A stretch of DNA of 43,191 nucleotides from Candidatus Sumerlaeia bacterium. GTDB lineage: Bacteria > Sumerlaeota > Sumerlaeia > SLMS01. The stretch is taken from assembly GCA_020831705.1 (NCBI GenBank), contig JAFIGB010000067.1:1-43191 (forward strand), read 5' to 3'. The notes beneath the pieces were generated by a model. That model was not told the origin of the DNA. It ran no database searches and worked only from the letters and a program-made list of their open reading frames with translations. The stretch's first letter is position 1, and the number at the start of each line of letters is the position of its first letter. Made by a program: the position numbers and the translations under genes. Shown in pieces: positions 31,422 to 40,926 of the stretch.

Positions 31422-32069
31422 AATAATCAATCCTTGGCCAGATCGGCGCGAGAATGGAACTTTGGCCCCTCCGCTTGGGAAGGGTCTGGTAATCCGGGGA
31501 GAATGTGGGGCTGGGATGGCTTGGGTGCCAAGTGACAATCAGGTGGAGATGATACGGAGGCACAAATAATACGAAATGAAATATAGTTTAAAAATTGGGG
31601 TTGCCCTGAAATCGGTCGCCTGACATTTCACATCAGGCACGGTCGTTCCCGATCGTTTTCGGACAGAGCCAAGGCGAAGCACCCATTTAAGTACACTCGG
31701 TTCAGTCCTTGAACCTGATTTTTACACTATTTTGATGATTGGCAGATATTGGCAGGGTTTGTGAGTGAAAAACATATCGGTTTTATCCCTCCGCGCCCAC
31801 ATCGAGACCCTGCGGAGGGGACAGCGTGTCAGGTGATCATCGAACCATCCTTGTTGAACCCGCCACTGTTAGTCCTGATTTATGTCGGGGCAAGGGAAGA
31901 TCATGGTATTTCTTAAACTGATATTTTTATCAGGCTCCAGAGACTTTTTGCTGTTGATCACACATCAGTCAGCAATATATGACGTGGGCCCTGACAAGCT
32001 GGATTTTGTGGATTTTGTGGGAATTTACAAAGGCCAAAGGGGAATCCCGGAAAAGATTCTAGGATAATT

Positions 32070-33755
32070 ATGGGGCATTCTGAACAGCAGCAACATGGTG
32101 GGAGCAGCAAGGCACCCCCTCCGACCCTTGATGAGGGCCGGGTGCTTGTGGGTAATTATGAGATCGTAACCCAGGTTGGCCAGGGCGGGATGGCGACGGT
32201 GTACAAGGCCATCCAGAAGAGCCTGAACCGTGAGGTCGCCCTCAAGGTTCTCCTGCCCCGATTTGCCCTCGACAGGGAGTTTATCCATCGCTTCGAGGCG
32301 GAATCCGGCGCATTGGCCTCCCTGTCACACCCAAATATCGTCAGCATCATCGACCGTGGGGCGGAGGGAGACCTCTATTTCTTCGTCATGGAATTTGTCG
32401 ACGGCCCCACACTCGATGAAAAAATCATCGATAAATCCCTCACACCTCCGGACTGGAAGAATATCATCTCCGGTTGCAGCAGCGCCCTTCAATACATCCA
32501 CAAGCGCAATGTCGTCCACCGTGACATCAAGCCCTCCAATATCCTTCTCGACAAGGAGGGGCTCGTCAAAATTGGTGACTTCGGCATCGTCCATATTGTC
32601 GAGGGCGACGAGGATGTTATCGCCCAGCGCCGCGAGCGTGCCCTCGGGACCCAGCACTACATGGCCCCGGAGCAAACCCACGATCCGGGGAATGTGGACC
32701 ATCGTGCTGATATTTACTCCCTCGGCGTGACCTTCTACAAGATGCTCACCCGCCGCCTCCCCACCGGGGAGTTTGCCGCCCCCTCCGACATGAACAAGGA
32801 TGTTCCCGTCGCCGTGGATGCGGTCATCCTCCAGGCCCTTGCCACGGACCGCGAGGATCGCTTCCCCACCGCCAAGGACTTTTGCGATGCGATGCTCAAC
32901 GCCCTTCGCGAAAAGACCCTCAACATCACTTCCGGGATGCGCCTCAAGAATTCCACCGGGGTCTCCTCCCTCTACACCGGGGATGACTTCAAGTCCTCCT
33001 CCTCGCCTGCGACAAGCAACCGCCACGATGCCCTCAAGCCCCCCACGGGCCGCGGTATCAAGAAGAAGGGGACGGGCACCGGCACGGGAACAGGATCCCG
33101 CCCGGGATTGACCCTTCCCAGGAAGACCTCGTCGATCGGGCAGAAGAAGTCCGGATCGGGGCTGGGTGCGGGCCTTCTCGGCATCAAGACTCCCAGTAGG
33201 GCAGGCAATGATTCCACTTCCACCGGAGAACACACTTCCGGGGATTCCAACGACTCAGGTTCCTGGAAGGATTCATCCACCTCCCATCCCTCCCTTTCCC
33301 GCCACACAACAGGCACTGGCACCGGGACAGGAACGGGCACGGCCACGGGAACGGGAACTGATTTCGTAACAGACACGGCGAGCGGCAGGCAGTCCAAAAC
33401 CAATCCCGCACCCGTCGTCGGGCAGGACCAGGGGAAGAAGAAAAAAATCATCCTGGTTGCCGGTGCCGTCGCCCTCCTGCTCCTTGTCGCAGTCGGGGCG
33501 ATGATCTTCTCCCAGTCCGGGGATTCCGGCCCCACCGCCAACACAACGGGCCAGATGACCGCTCCTGCATTCCTTGATGGAGAGGAAGGCTCCCTCGGGA
33601 ATGGAACGGAGGAGGGCGAATCGCTTTCCCCCGCACAGCTTCGTGAGGAGCGCCAACGCCGCCTTCTTGAGGAACGACAGGAGGCCCTCCTCAGCGGAAG
33701 TGGTGTCCTCTATATTGAGGCCGAGGATGATGCGACGGAGGATGGGGTCGACTAA
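32070..33755 (+). CDS. Hanks-type Ser/Thr protein kinase with low-complexity linker and C-terminal TM
   Basis: GQGGMATVY; VALKVL; HRDIKPSN; DFG; GTQHYMAPE; DIYSLG; TM IILVAGAVALLLLVAVGAMIF. Confidence 0.93.
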   Translation: MGHSEQQQHGGSSKAPPPTLDEGRVLVGNYEIVTQVGQGGMATVYKAIQKSLNREVALKVLLPRFALDREFIHRFEAESGALASLSHPNIVSIIDRGAEGDLYFFVMEFVDGPTLDEKIIDKSLTPPDWKNIISGCSSALQYIHKRNVVHRDIKPSNILLDKEGLVKIGDFGIVHIVEGDEDVIAQRRERALGTQHYMAPEQTHDPGNVDHRADIYSLGVTFYKMLTRRLPTGEFAAPSDMNKDVPVAVDAVILQALATDREDRFPTAKDFCDAMLNALREKTLNITSGMRLKNSTGVSSLYTGDDFKSSSSPATSNRHDALKPPTGRGIKKKGTGTGTGTGSRPGLTLPRKTSSIGQKKSGSGLGAGLLGIKTPSRAGNDSTSTGEHTSGDSNDSGSWKDSSTSHPSLSRHTTGTGTGTGTGTATGTGTDFVTDTASGRQSKTNPAPVVGQDQGKKKKIILVAGAVALLLLVAVGAMIFSQSGDSGPTANTTGQMTAPAFLDGEEGSLGNGTEEGESLSPAQLREERQRRLLEERQEALLSGSGVLYIEAEDDATEDGVD

Positions 33756-34216
33756 TGCGCACGGCGCTCCTCCTCGCCAGCATACCGCTGCTGCTCACCT
33801 CCCTCGTTCTTGTTGGTTGTCGTTCCAAACCGGAACTCGATGACCCGAGTACCTACTCCGTTATTATCGGAGAGCAGGACCTCTACACCGACCCCGTCAA
33901 TTTTCGTGACGACATCGGGCTCCACGTTCGCGCGGTGCGCAACACGCTGGTGCTTTCTTGGCGGAACAACCGCGCGGAGGAAATTTCCGTCCGCCCCGAG
34001 GATCTCGCCCTCATTGCCGGCCCGGACCGGGAAACCGATGTATTCCCCTTCACCATGGCAAATGTGAACCTTTCGCGGTTCAGGCCCCTTCTCCTTCAAC
34101 CCGGTCAGTCGGGTGTCATGGTCGCGGAAATGCGTATCTCCTCCCCCCTTCAGGGAAGTCGCCTCGCCTACTTCAACCGACGTCAGGACTTGATGATTCG
34201 CGCCGATGTGGAATGA
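33755..34216 (+). CDS. Hypothetical lipoprotein
   Basis: TAATG overlap with the kinase; lipobox LVG|C after a hydrophobic stretch. Confidence 0.7.
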   Translation: MRTALLLASIPLLLTSLVLVGCRSKPELDDPSTYSVIIGEQDLYTDPVNFRDDIGLHVRAVRNTLVLSWRNNRAEEISVRPEDLALIAGPDRETDVFPFTMANVNLSRFRPLLLQPGQSGVMVAEMRISSPLQGSRLAYFNRRQDLMIRADVE

Positions 34217-34397
34217 ATTCCTTCCGGTCGTGTCGACTTCAACGCCTCCTGGGCTCCCTCCGAAAAAATTCTAATTCACTGCACTGCTTGTTTCGGCAAG
34301 TCTTTTGCCTTACCCTTGCCTGTTGGTTGATCCCGAATCAGAGTCATCAGATCAGGGTCGGACACCCCAACACAACTGCCAGGAGAAACCCATCATC

Positions 34398-36488
34398 GTG
34401 TTGAGCCTTCGTAGAATCGTTGAAAACACAGGACTTATCCTGTTTATCCTCGCAGCAACTGTCCTGCCGACCCACTCCATGGCCCAATGGGGCCCCACCG
34501 TTGTAACCATCGAATCGGCCATCGAACCAACCGAGGCCCCCCATGGCGGGGAAGTGCGTCTCACTGTCACGGTCGAACTCGATGAGGAATATCACATCTA
34601 CGCCATGGAGCAGCCTGTCTCCCTGCCCGGGCCGGGACCAATTCCCACCTCCATCACCATCAACGAAGGCACCGACGTCATTCTTCAGAAGGGTTCGTGG
34701 GAGGAACCCGAACCCGTCCGCAAGTGGGACGAAGGTTTTGAGCGCGATACCGATGTTCATTACGAATCACCACATACCTACACGGGTGTGTTCCTTGTCA
34801 GTGATGAAATCGAACCCGGCACCCATACGATAAAGGGAACTTTCCGCTATCAGGCCTGCACCGATACCGGATGCCTTCCCCCCATGAACATCACCTTCGA
34901 GCATGAGCTGGTCGTGACCGATGACGATCCCATCGCTGAAGGTGTGGCCCTCCTTGCCGAGTTGAGGGAACAGGCCTCCGAGGAGGCGGCATCAGCCGAC
35001 GAAACCGCTTTGGCGGGAACCACGGAAACCACGCGACCCACCTCCATCAGCTATACAGACGACACCGCAGGCATGGCCTTTGGTGCCTTCATTCTCTTTG
35101 CCTTCCTCTTCGGCATTGCCGCCCTGGCGACACCGTGTGTCTTTCCGATGATTCCCATCACGATCACCTTCTTTACGAACAAGGCCAGCAAGTCCACCGG
35201 ACAGGCAGCGCTATACGCCGGCACTTATGTTCTCTCCATCATTGCCGGCTTCACGTTGATTGGGTTTGGCTTCTCGCTGATCATGCTCGCCCTCGGTGGG
35301 GGAGTGGAAAGCAGTGGCTTTGCAAACCGCATGGCTGCCAACCCCTGGGTGAACAGCTTCTTTGCCCTGCTATACATTGCCTTCGCCCTCGCCCTCCTCG
35401 GCGTGTTCGAGATGCGCCTTCCCTCAAGTTGGAGTGCCAGGCTGAACCAGGGTGCGATGAAGAGCTCGGGATTTGTGAGTATCTTCTTCAAGGCGATGGT
35501 CTTTGTTATTATCTCCTTCACCTGCACCGCCCCGCTCCTTGGCGTGTTGATCGTTCAGGCCATGGCCGGTGAATGGACCCGTCCCCTCTTCGGCATGATG
35601 GCCTTCTCCGCCGGGTTTGCCGCGCCGTTCTTCTTCCTGGCCCTTGCTCCGCAGATGATGAGCAGCCTTCCCAAGGCGGGCAACTGGCTATACGCTGTCA
35701 AGGTTGTCATGGGATTGATCGTCCTTGCTGCTGCCTTCAAGTTTATCAGCAATGCCGACCTGATATGGCTGCGCGAGAGCATGATCTTTACACGGGAAGT
35801 CCTTCTCGCGATCTGGGCTGTCATTGCCATCACCACGACCCTCTTTCTGTTTGGCATGATTCGCATGGGCGAGGACACCGAGCCCACCGTTGGCGCAGGG
35901 AAGCTCATGCTTGCCATGACCTTCGGCACCGTGGGGCTTTATTTGGCTTCGGGCATGTTCGGCACGGCCCTCCATCCCTGGATTGAGGCCTACCTGCCGC
36001 CCAATCTCCGCGAGGAGGGCCAATCCATGATGGTCGCCAGCGGGAACAATCCCGGGGCGCGGACCGCCACCGGGGGCGATCGGATTTCCTCGGGGTTCAG
36101 TTGGTTTACGGACCTCGACAGCGCCCTTGAGCACGCCAGCAACACCGGCCGGAATGTCTTTATCGACTTCACCGGATATACATGCACGAATTGCCGCCTC
36201 ATGGAAAAGAACATGTTCCCCAGGGACTCCATCGCCAACAAGCTCGATGAATTCGTGCGCGTCAAACTATACACCGACGATCCGGATGTCGGCGAGGCGA
36301 ACCTCCGCTACCAGGCCGAGACCTTCGGCACCGTCACCCTTCCCTTCTATGTCATCATGACACCGGACCAGGAAATTATCGCCACCGAGGCCTACACCAC
36401 CAACCAGGCCCGATTTGCCGCCTTCCTCCAGAAGGGTCTCGAGGATGACGACGCTGCCTCCGAACTGGAGCTGGCCGCAGGACAATAA
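34398..36488 (+). CDS. dsbD: Thiol:disulfide interchange protein DsbD (N-terminal Ig domain, TM domain, thioredoxin domain)
   Basis: GTG 34398 after AGGAG; QACTDTGCLPP; TPCVFPMIPIT; FTCTAP; LPKAGNW; FIDFTGYTCTNC. Confidence 0.88.
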   Translation: MLSLRRIVENTGLILFILAATVLPTHSMAQWGPTVVTIESAIEPTEAPHGGEVRLTVTVELDEEYHIYAMEQPVSLPGPGPIPTSITINEGTDVILQKGSWEEPEPVRKWDEGFERDTDVHYESPHTYTGVFLVSDEIEPGTHTIKGTFRYQACTDTGCLPPMNITFEHELVVTDDDPIAEGVALLAELREQASEEAASADETALAGTTETTRPTSISYTDDTAGMAFGAFILFAFLFGIAALATPCVFPMIPITITFFTNKASKSTGQAALYAGTYVLSIIAGFTLIGFGFSLIMLALGGGVESSGFANRMAANPWVNSFFALLYIAFALALLGVFEMRLPSSWSARLNQGAMKSSGFVSIFFKAMVFVIISFTCTAPLLGVLIVQAMAGEWTRPLFGMMAFSAGFAAPFFFLALAPQMMSSLPKAGNWLYAVKVVMGLIVLAAAFKFISNADLIWLRESMIFTREVLLAIWAVIAITTTLFLFGMIRMGEDTEPTVGAGKLMLAMTFGTVGLYLASGMFGTALHPWIEAYLPPNLREEGQSMMVASGNNPGARTATGGDRISSGFSWFTDLDSALEHASNTGRNVFIDFTGYTCTNCRLMEKNMFPRDSIANKLDEFVRVKLYTDDPDVGEANLRYQAETFGTVTLPFYVIMTPDQEIIATEAYTTNQARFAAFLQKGLEDDDAASELELAAGQ

Positions 36489-36498
36489 GTGACGGCTA

Positions 36499-38055
36499 TC
36501 AATCTATACGGAAATGCCCGCCCCGGCTGACACGGTTCCTGAATGCGGAATGGGTCACGGCGATTGACGTCTGGACCCCGTTGCGCAGGCCAATGATCGA
36601 GTCGTTCACCGGCGCCCGGCGGTAGAAGCTTTCCACCTCAAACTGCAATTCCCGCAGGATCTTCAGCGCCCGGGTGAGACGCCTCCTCGCCCGCACAAGA
36701 CCGACGTAGTTCCACATCGTCATCTTAATCGTCATCCAGTCCTGCTTGATCAGGGTCGGGTCCACCTCGCCGCCATCCTCCCGCTCCCACTGCACCACCT
36801 CACGCAGTGACGGAATCGGGTTCGCCGCCCTTTCCGCAGCGATCCCCTCGGCGGACTGATATCCCCAGGTAATCGCCTCCAGCAGCGATGTCGACGCCAG
36901 ACGGTTCGCCCCATGGACGCCCGTGCAGCTGGCCTCTCCCACCGCCCTCAGGCCCACCACATTCGAATGCCCCTCCAGATCCACCGCCACGCCGCCGCAG
37001 GAATAATGCGCCGCAGGAACTACCGGAATCGGGGCCGTAGTAATGTCTATACCGTGTTGCACGCAGAACGAATGTATCAGCGGAAACCGTGATCGCACCC
37101 ACTCCTTCGGCTTGTGCGTGATATCAAGATAGACACACTCCTCGCCGCTTTCCATCATCTGCTCGTGAATTCCCCGGGCCACCACATCGCGTGGGGCCAG
37201 GTCGCCCAACTCATGATAGGCACGCATGAACTCCCGTCCCCTGCTGTCAACGAGCTTCGCCCCCTCGCCCCTCAGGGACTCGCTGATCAGAAAACGTGGA
37301 GCCAGCCGATGGAAAAACGCCGTCGGGTGAAACTGTACATATTCCAGATTGATCACCCGCGCACCTGCACGATACGCCATCGCCAGGCCATCGCCCCGGG
37401 CACGGGGGGGATTCGTGGAGTGGAGGTAGATCTGCCCCAGACCACCCGTCGCCAGGACCGTCTCCCGCGCCACAAACGGGCGCACCACATCCTCCCCCTC
37501 AAAATAAAAATAGGCTCCCAGACAGCGCGGACGGTGATAGACATCCGTCGGGTTTACCGTGTGGTGTCCCCGCATAATGAGGTCAATCGCCACCCCCCCT
37601 GTCACCAGTGTGATATTCGGATGACGCGCCACCTCCGCCGCCAGATGCTGGGCAATCGCCCGCCCCGTTGCATCCTCCACATGAATAATCCGCGAACGGG
37701 AGTGCGCCGCCTCCTCCGTAAAATCCAGCGCGCCATCCTCCCTGCGATCAAACGGCACACCGCACCGGTTGATGAGCAACTCCTCCACAATCGCCGGACC
37801 CCGCTCCGCCAACAGCCGCACAGCCGGGTCGAAACAAATCCCTGCTCCAGCGCGGTGAATATCCTGCGCCAACAACTCCGGTCGATCATCGGGACTTCGG
37901 AAAATAATGCCTCCCTGGGCCCAGGCCGTATTTGAGCCCTTCTCCGGCGCACTGCCACTCGTCACCAGGGCCACCGTCAGGCCAAGGTCAGCCGCCTTCA
38001 GCGCACACGAACACCCTGCAGCTCCCACCCCGATTACCAGAACATCTGCTTCCAT
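36499..38055 (-). CDS. nadB: L-aspartate oxidase
   Basis: GVGAAG; NTAWAQGGI; EAAHSRSRIIH; LATGG; STNP; QFHPT; LISESLRGEG; LAPRDVVAR; PAAHYSCGG; GVHGANRLASTSLLE; SRGGH. Confidence 0.93.
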   Translation of the reverse strand: MEADVLVIGVGAAGCSCALKAADLGLTVALVTSGSAPEKGSNTAWAQGGIIFRSPDDRPELLAQDIHRAGAGICFDPAVRLLAERGPAIVEELLINRCGVPFDRREDGALDFTEEAAHSRSRIIHVEDATGRAIAQHLAAEVARHPNITLVTGGVAIDLIMRGHHTVNPTDVYHRPRCLGAYFYFEGEDVVRPFVARETVLATGGLGQIYLHSTNPPRARGDGLAMAYRAGARVINLEYVQFHPTAFFHRLAPRFLISESLRGEGAKLVDSRGREFMRAYHELGDLAPRDVVARGIHEQMMESGEECVYLDITHKPKEWVRSRFPLIHSFCVQHGIDITTAPIPVVPAAHYSCGGVAVDLEGHSNVVGLRAVGEASCTGVHGANRLASTSLLEAITWGYQSAEGIAAERAANPIPSLREVVQWEREDGGEVDPTLIKQDWMTIKMTMWNYVGLVRARRRLTRALKILRELQFEVESFYRRAPVNDSIIGLRNGVQTSIAVTHSAFRNRVSRGGHFRID

Positions 38056-38277
38056 CAGAACACTCCAAAATCAATGGCCCTACTCCCCACCATCACCCCC
38101 CCACAAGGGAGAGCGGCGCAACCCGCAAAACGCCATCCCCTCCCGGAGAGACATTCCGAAGGCAGTTGAAGGTAAAAAAGTCTGTTTGGGTCATTGGATT
38201 CCCCTTGCAGCGGGGTGCCCACCTGCGGCTTGATTTCCGGCCCGGCTCAACCCCGAGCCGGCCCCGACCCACGAAAT

Positions 38278-38364
38278 GCCGTCGTGGCGGAACTGGCAGA
38301 CGCGCACGGTTCAGGTCCGTGTGGGGGCAACCCCGTGGAGGTTCGACTCCTCTCGACGGCACCA
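38278..38364 (+). tRNA. tRNA-Leu (anticodon CAG)
   Basis: Acceptor GCCGTCG/CGACGGC + ACCA; D-arm GCGGAACTGGCAGACGC; anticodon arm CACGG-TTCAGGT-CCGTG; long variable arm GGGGCAACCCC; T-arm GGAGG-TTCGACT-CCTCT; 87 nt. Confidence 0.97.
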
Positions 38365-38389
38365 TTCACTAAAATCAATGGTTTCAACC

Positions 38390-38430
38390 CTTTTGCCTCC
38401 CGATCATGGGAGGCAAAAGTGCTTTGTGGG
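38390..38430 (+). terminator. Hairpin downstream of tRNA-Leu (terminator-like)
   Basis: Perfect 12-bp stem CTTTTGCCTCCC / GGGAGGCAAAAG, 6-nt loop. Confidence 0.6.
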
Positions 38431-38463
38431 GTTCCTTTTTGCTGGTCGAGACGGGAGGGGGCA

Positions 38464-38642
38464 GGTCACAATTTGACACGAAAGTGTTGCGTGATGGGGA
38501 TGGGGAAATTCCAAGAATCAACACAATCGATACATTAAAGGATGGTATTACCCCAACCTCGCGAGAACTGAGAAATGCGATCCGTATTCGCCAGCAAAGC
38601 AATCCCGGAGAACACCTCCTCTTAATACCAAAACCCAGATAA
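38464..38642 (+). pseudogene. Probable 5'-truncated C-terminal tip of a polymorphic toxin
   Basis: Lower-GC open frame ...RINTIDTLKDGITPTSRELRNAIRIRQQSNPGEHLLLIPKPR* ending 4 nt before the next ATG; no credible start; first element of the toxin/immunity array. 5' boundary approximate. Confidence 0.45.
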
Positions 38643-38646
38643 TAGG

Positions 38647-39201
38647 ATGCAGCCAATGCCCAACCGAATTTTCCACTTCGCTGCAAGACGTGATCTGGCG
38701 GAGGTGATTCAAGTCGTGGAGTCCAACCATAGTTTGAAGTATGTCGTTTACGGAATGTCTGATCATCCGGAATATGATGTATATAACTCGTTGCTTGACT
38801 ATCCCATGCTTGGGACCGCCGAAGGGGATCAGTATGTTGCATGCACGATTATGAACATATTTCCCCGTGAGGCTGAAATTAAGCTGCGCACTGTCCCTCA
38901 ACGTCGTGGCGGTGTAAAGTATCTAATTGATCCAATGGAGAATCCGTGCTCAATGATCATCAGATTGGGTGGCGTCTATGAGGAAGGTGTCTTGATTCAT
39001 GGAGAGACGGCGACTACTTATTCCACTGATGACCTGGGCACGAAGCTCTTTCATGCCTTTGCGCGCCAGATTCGGAAGCGATTCCGGAAGGTCCACGAAT
39101 TCTGGGTGGGCAAGGAAGCGGAAGAACTCTACCGAAAAGGTTGGCGCCTCACCCAGTCGAAGCATCGTTCGACTGATTATGATCTCAAATTCCCGGAATG
39201 A
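38647..39201 (+). CDS. Putative immunity protein (family not assigned)
   Basis: 184-aa soluble ORF tightly coupled to the toxin-tip remnant; island-like composition; position within the RHS array. Confidence 0.55.
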   Translation: MQPMPNRIFHFAARRDLAEVIQVVESNHSLKYVVYGMSDHPEYDVYNSLLDYPMLGTAEGDQYVACTIMNIFPREAEIKLRTVPQRRGGVKYLIDPMENPCSMIIRLGGVYEEGVLIHGETATTYSTDDLGTKLFHAFARQIRKRFRKVHEFWVGKEAEELYRKGWRLTQSKHRSTDYDLKFPE

Positions 39202-39287
39202 CTGGAAGAATTGTCTGGGGTTACGATAAGTTGCAGACCTATTAAGTTCTAATGAATCTTTAGTCCGAAGTTGTATATCCATATCCC

Positions 39288-40322
39288 GATTCCCTCATCG
39301 GCAACGACATCCTGTGGCAGTCCATGCGCTGGGATGCGGAGGTGGAACTGTATTACCTGCGCAACCGTTGGTACGACCCCTACCTCGGCCGGTTCCTTCA
39401 GCGTGATCCAATCGGCTTTTGGGGTGACCCACTTAATACAGGCAACCCATATACGTATGTAGGAAATAACCCGTGGACTTACGTGGATCCCTGGGGGCTG
39501 AGCGGGATCAAATCAAATCAGCCCCGTTGGAATACTGATCAAGGGTACGGATTTTTTCGAAATACATGGGACTTCCTAGGTGGATCAGTGCAAACTGTGG
39601 ATCGTGTAGCCCAATCTACTTTTGCTGGTATAGGATCAGCAATAAACTATGTCGCGGAACCGGTTAAAGTGTATGTGGTTAGACCCTTCACCACTCCCGC
39701 ATCAGATTATGTAAATAATCATTATTTTGATAGTACGTACGAGAATGTCACCAAGCATTATTCGATTACTTCACAACTTGTAGGGACCGGGGAAGAATTT
39801 GATGAAAGCAGTCGCTGGGTTCGTCACACCATGGATACCATAGGTGAAGAACTCGGAACAGACGCCGTGTTAATGTTGGGTACTGGTATGGCAGGCAGGG
39901 GGGCATCATCGATCCGCCATGCTCCTGAAGGCAGGGGCACGGGTGCTGGGGCAGGGGCAGGCGGTAGAATCAATTCCACTTGCACTGCCAGCTTCTCCCC
40001 ATTAAACACTAGTCAGAAGAGGTTTTTGAGAAAGCAAGCGCGAGAGAGGTGGAAGCAGGTCTCCGGGCAATATGCATCAACTAGTGGTCTTCAAATTCAT
40101 CATCGAATTCCATTAGAGTGGGCACATATATTTCCCAAAAGTCCTCCGAACCGTATTTCGAATCTGGTTGGTGTACGTAAATCAACCCACACTCAAGTAT
40201 CCAGAGAATGGGCACAGTGGAAGGCAGGACTGGGTGGACGTCAGCCAACCCCTTCAGAAATTATGACGGAAGCATTTAGGATTGACGGACTATTCCATGA
40301 TCAATGGTTCTTTCCCAAGTGA
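39288..40322 (+). CDS. Orphan RHS module 1: RHS-core stub + C-terminal HNH-like nuclease toxin
   Basis: ELYYLRNRWYDPYLGRFLQRDPIG...NPYTYVGNNPWTYVDPWGL core end; 273-aa tip with QIHHRIPLEW...NRISNL...H; in-frame TAG at 39261 shows there is no RHS N-terminus (first in-frame ATG 39324). Confidence 0.85.
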   Translation, partial: DSLIGNDILWQSMRWDAEVELYYLRNRWYDPYLGRFLQRDPIGFWGDPLNTGNPYTYVGNNPWTYVDPWGLSGIKSNQPRWNTDQGYGFFRNTWDFLGGSVQTVDRVAQSTFAGIGSAINYVAEPVKVYVVRPFTTPASDYVNNHYFDSTYENVTKHYSITSQLVGTGEEFDESSRWVRHTMDTIGEELGTDAVLMLGTGMAGRGASSIRHAPEGRGTGAGAGAGGRINSTCTASFSPLNTSQKRFLRKQARERWKQVSGQYASTSGLQIHHRIPLEWAHIFPKSPPNRISNLVGVRKSTHTQVSREWAQWKAGLGGRQPTPSEIMTEAFRIDGLFHDQWFFPK

Positions 40323-40332
40323 GGAGACAAGT

Positions 40333-40869
40333 ATGAACTATACATTCGAAGAAATACGTGATTTTCTCGCCTCCCTGCAACCATCAACTGGTCAAGAACC
40401 TTCATCACACCTGACTGAAAGCGACCTCAGATCGGTGGAGCAAAGTTTGGGGCTGATGATTCCCAGGGAAATCAAAGACTGGCTAATGGTGATCAATGGT
40501 TCATTCGTAGGTAGCCAAGTATTTCTTGGAATTGGTACTTCAAATAGCTTCCTTGACCTGGTCCCTGTTCTGCAGGACTACCCAGAGTGGAAAAGTCGCG
40601 CATGGATACCAGTCGCCTCGGATGGATGTGGCAATTACTATGTTGCATCCGGAATAAATTCGTTATGTCCTGTAGTCTTTGTCGATACAGCCTTCGATTT
40701 TTCGAAGCCTGCCTATGTTGTATCGACAGCATTACGACGGTTTCTATACGAGTTTATCAAGTCGGAGTTTTTTGATACTGAATGGCCTTTTGATCGTAAA
40801 TACATATTGTTGCACGATCCGGGATTAATAGATGCAACAGGTTTGGGGCCACTTCCTTGGGAAGGATAA
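40333..40869 (+). CDS. SMI1/KNR4 (SUKH) family immunity protein
   Basis: ATG 40333 after GAGGAG; 'SDLRSVEQSLGLMIPREIKDWLMVING' and 'WIPVASDGCGNYY' match the SUKH pattern; directly after toxin module 1. Confidence 0.85.
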   Translation: MNYTFEEIRDFLASLQPSTGQEPSSHLTESDLRSVEQSLGLMIPREIKDWLMVINGSFVGSQVFLGIGTSNSFLDLVPVLQDYPEWKSRAWIPVASDGCGNYYVASGINSLCPVVFVDTAFDFSKPAYVVSTALRRFLYEFIKSEFFDTEWPFDRKYILLHDPGLIDATGLGPLPWEG

Positions 40870-40926
40870 ATGGGATGCCATTGCACCACGCCATCATTGC
40901 ATTGCTTACAAACTCTATGAAATTGA

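Noticed and set aside
31554-31566. 13-nt match ACGGAGGCACAAA shared with 42923-42935
   Set aside because: Several chance 13-mer matches are expected in 43 kb; no wider similarity.
31560-31600. Pho box upstream of pstS
   Set aside because: Only a weak 11-nt-spaced TTTAAA/TTTCAT pair on the minus strand; too degenerate to call.
33069-33360. DNA microsatellite or phase-variable tract in the kinase
   Set aside because: The Thr-Gly repeats use mixed codons, so there is no perfect slippage tract.
38093-38538. ORFs overlapping the tRNA
   Set aside because: Spurious frames across an unambiguous tRNA-Leu.
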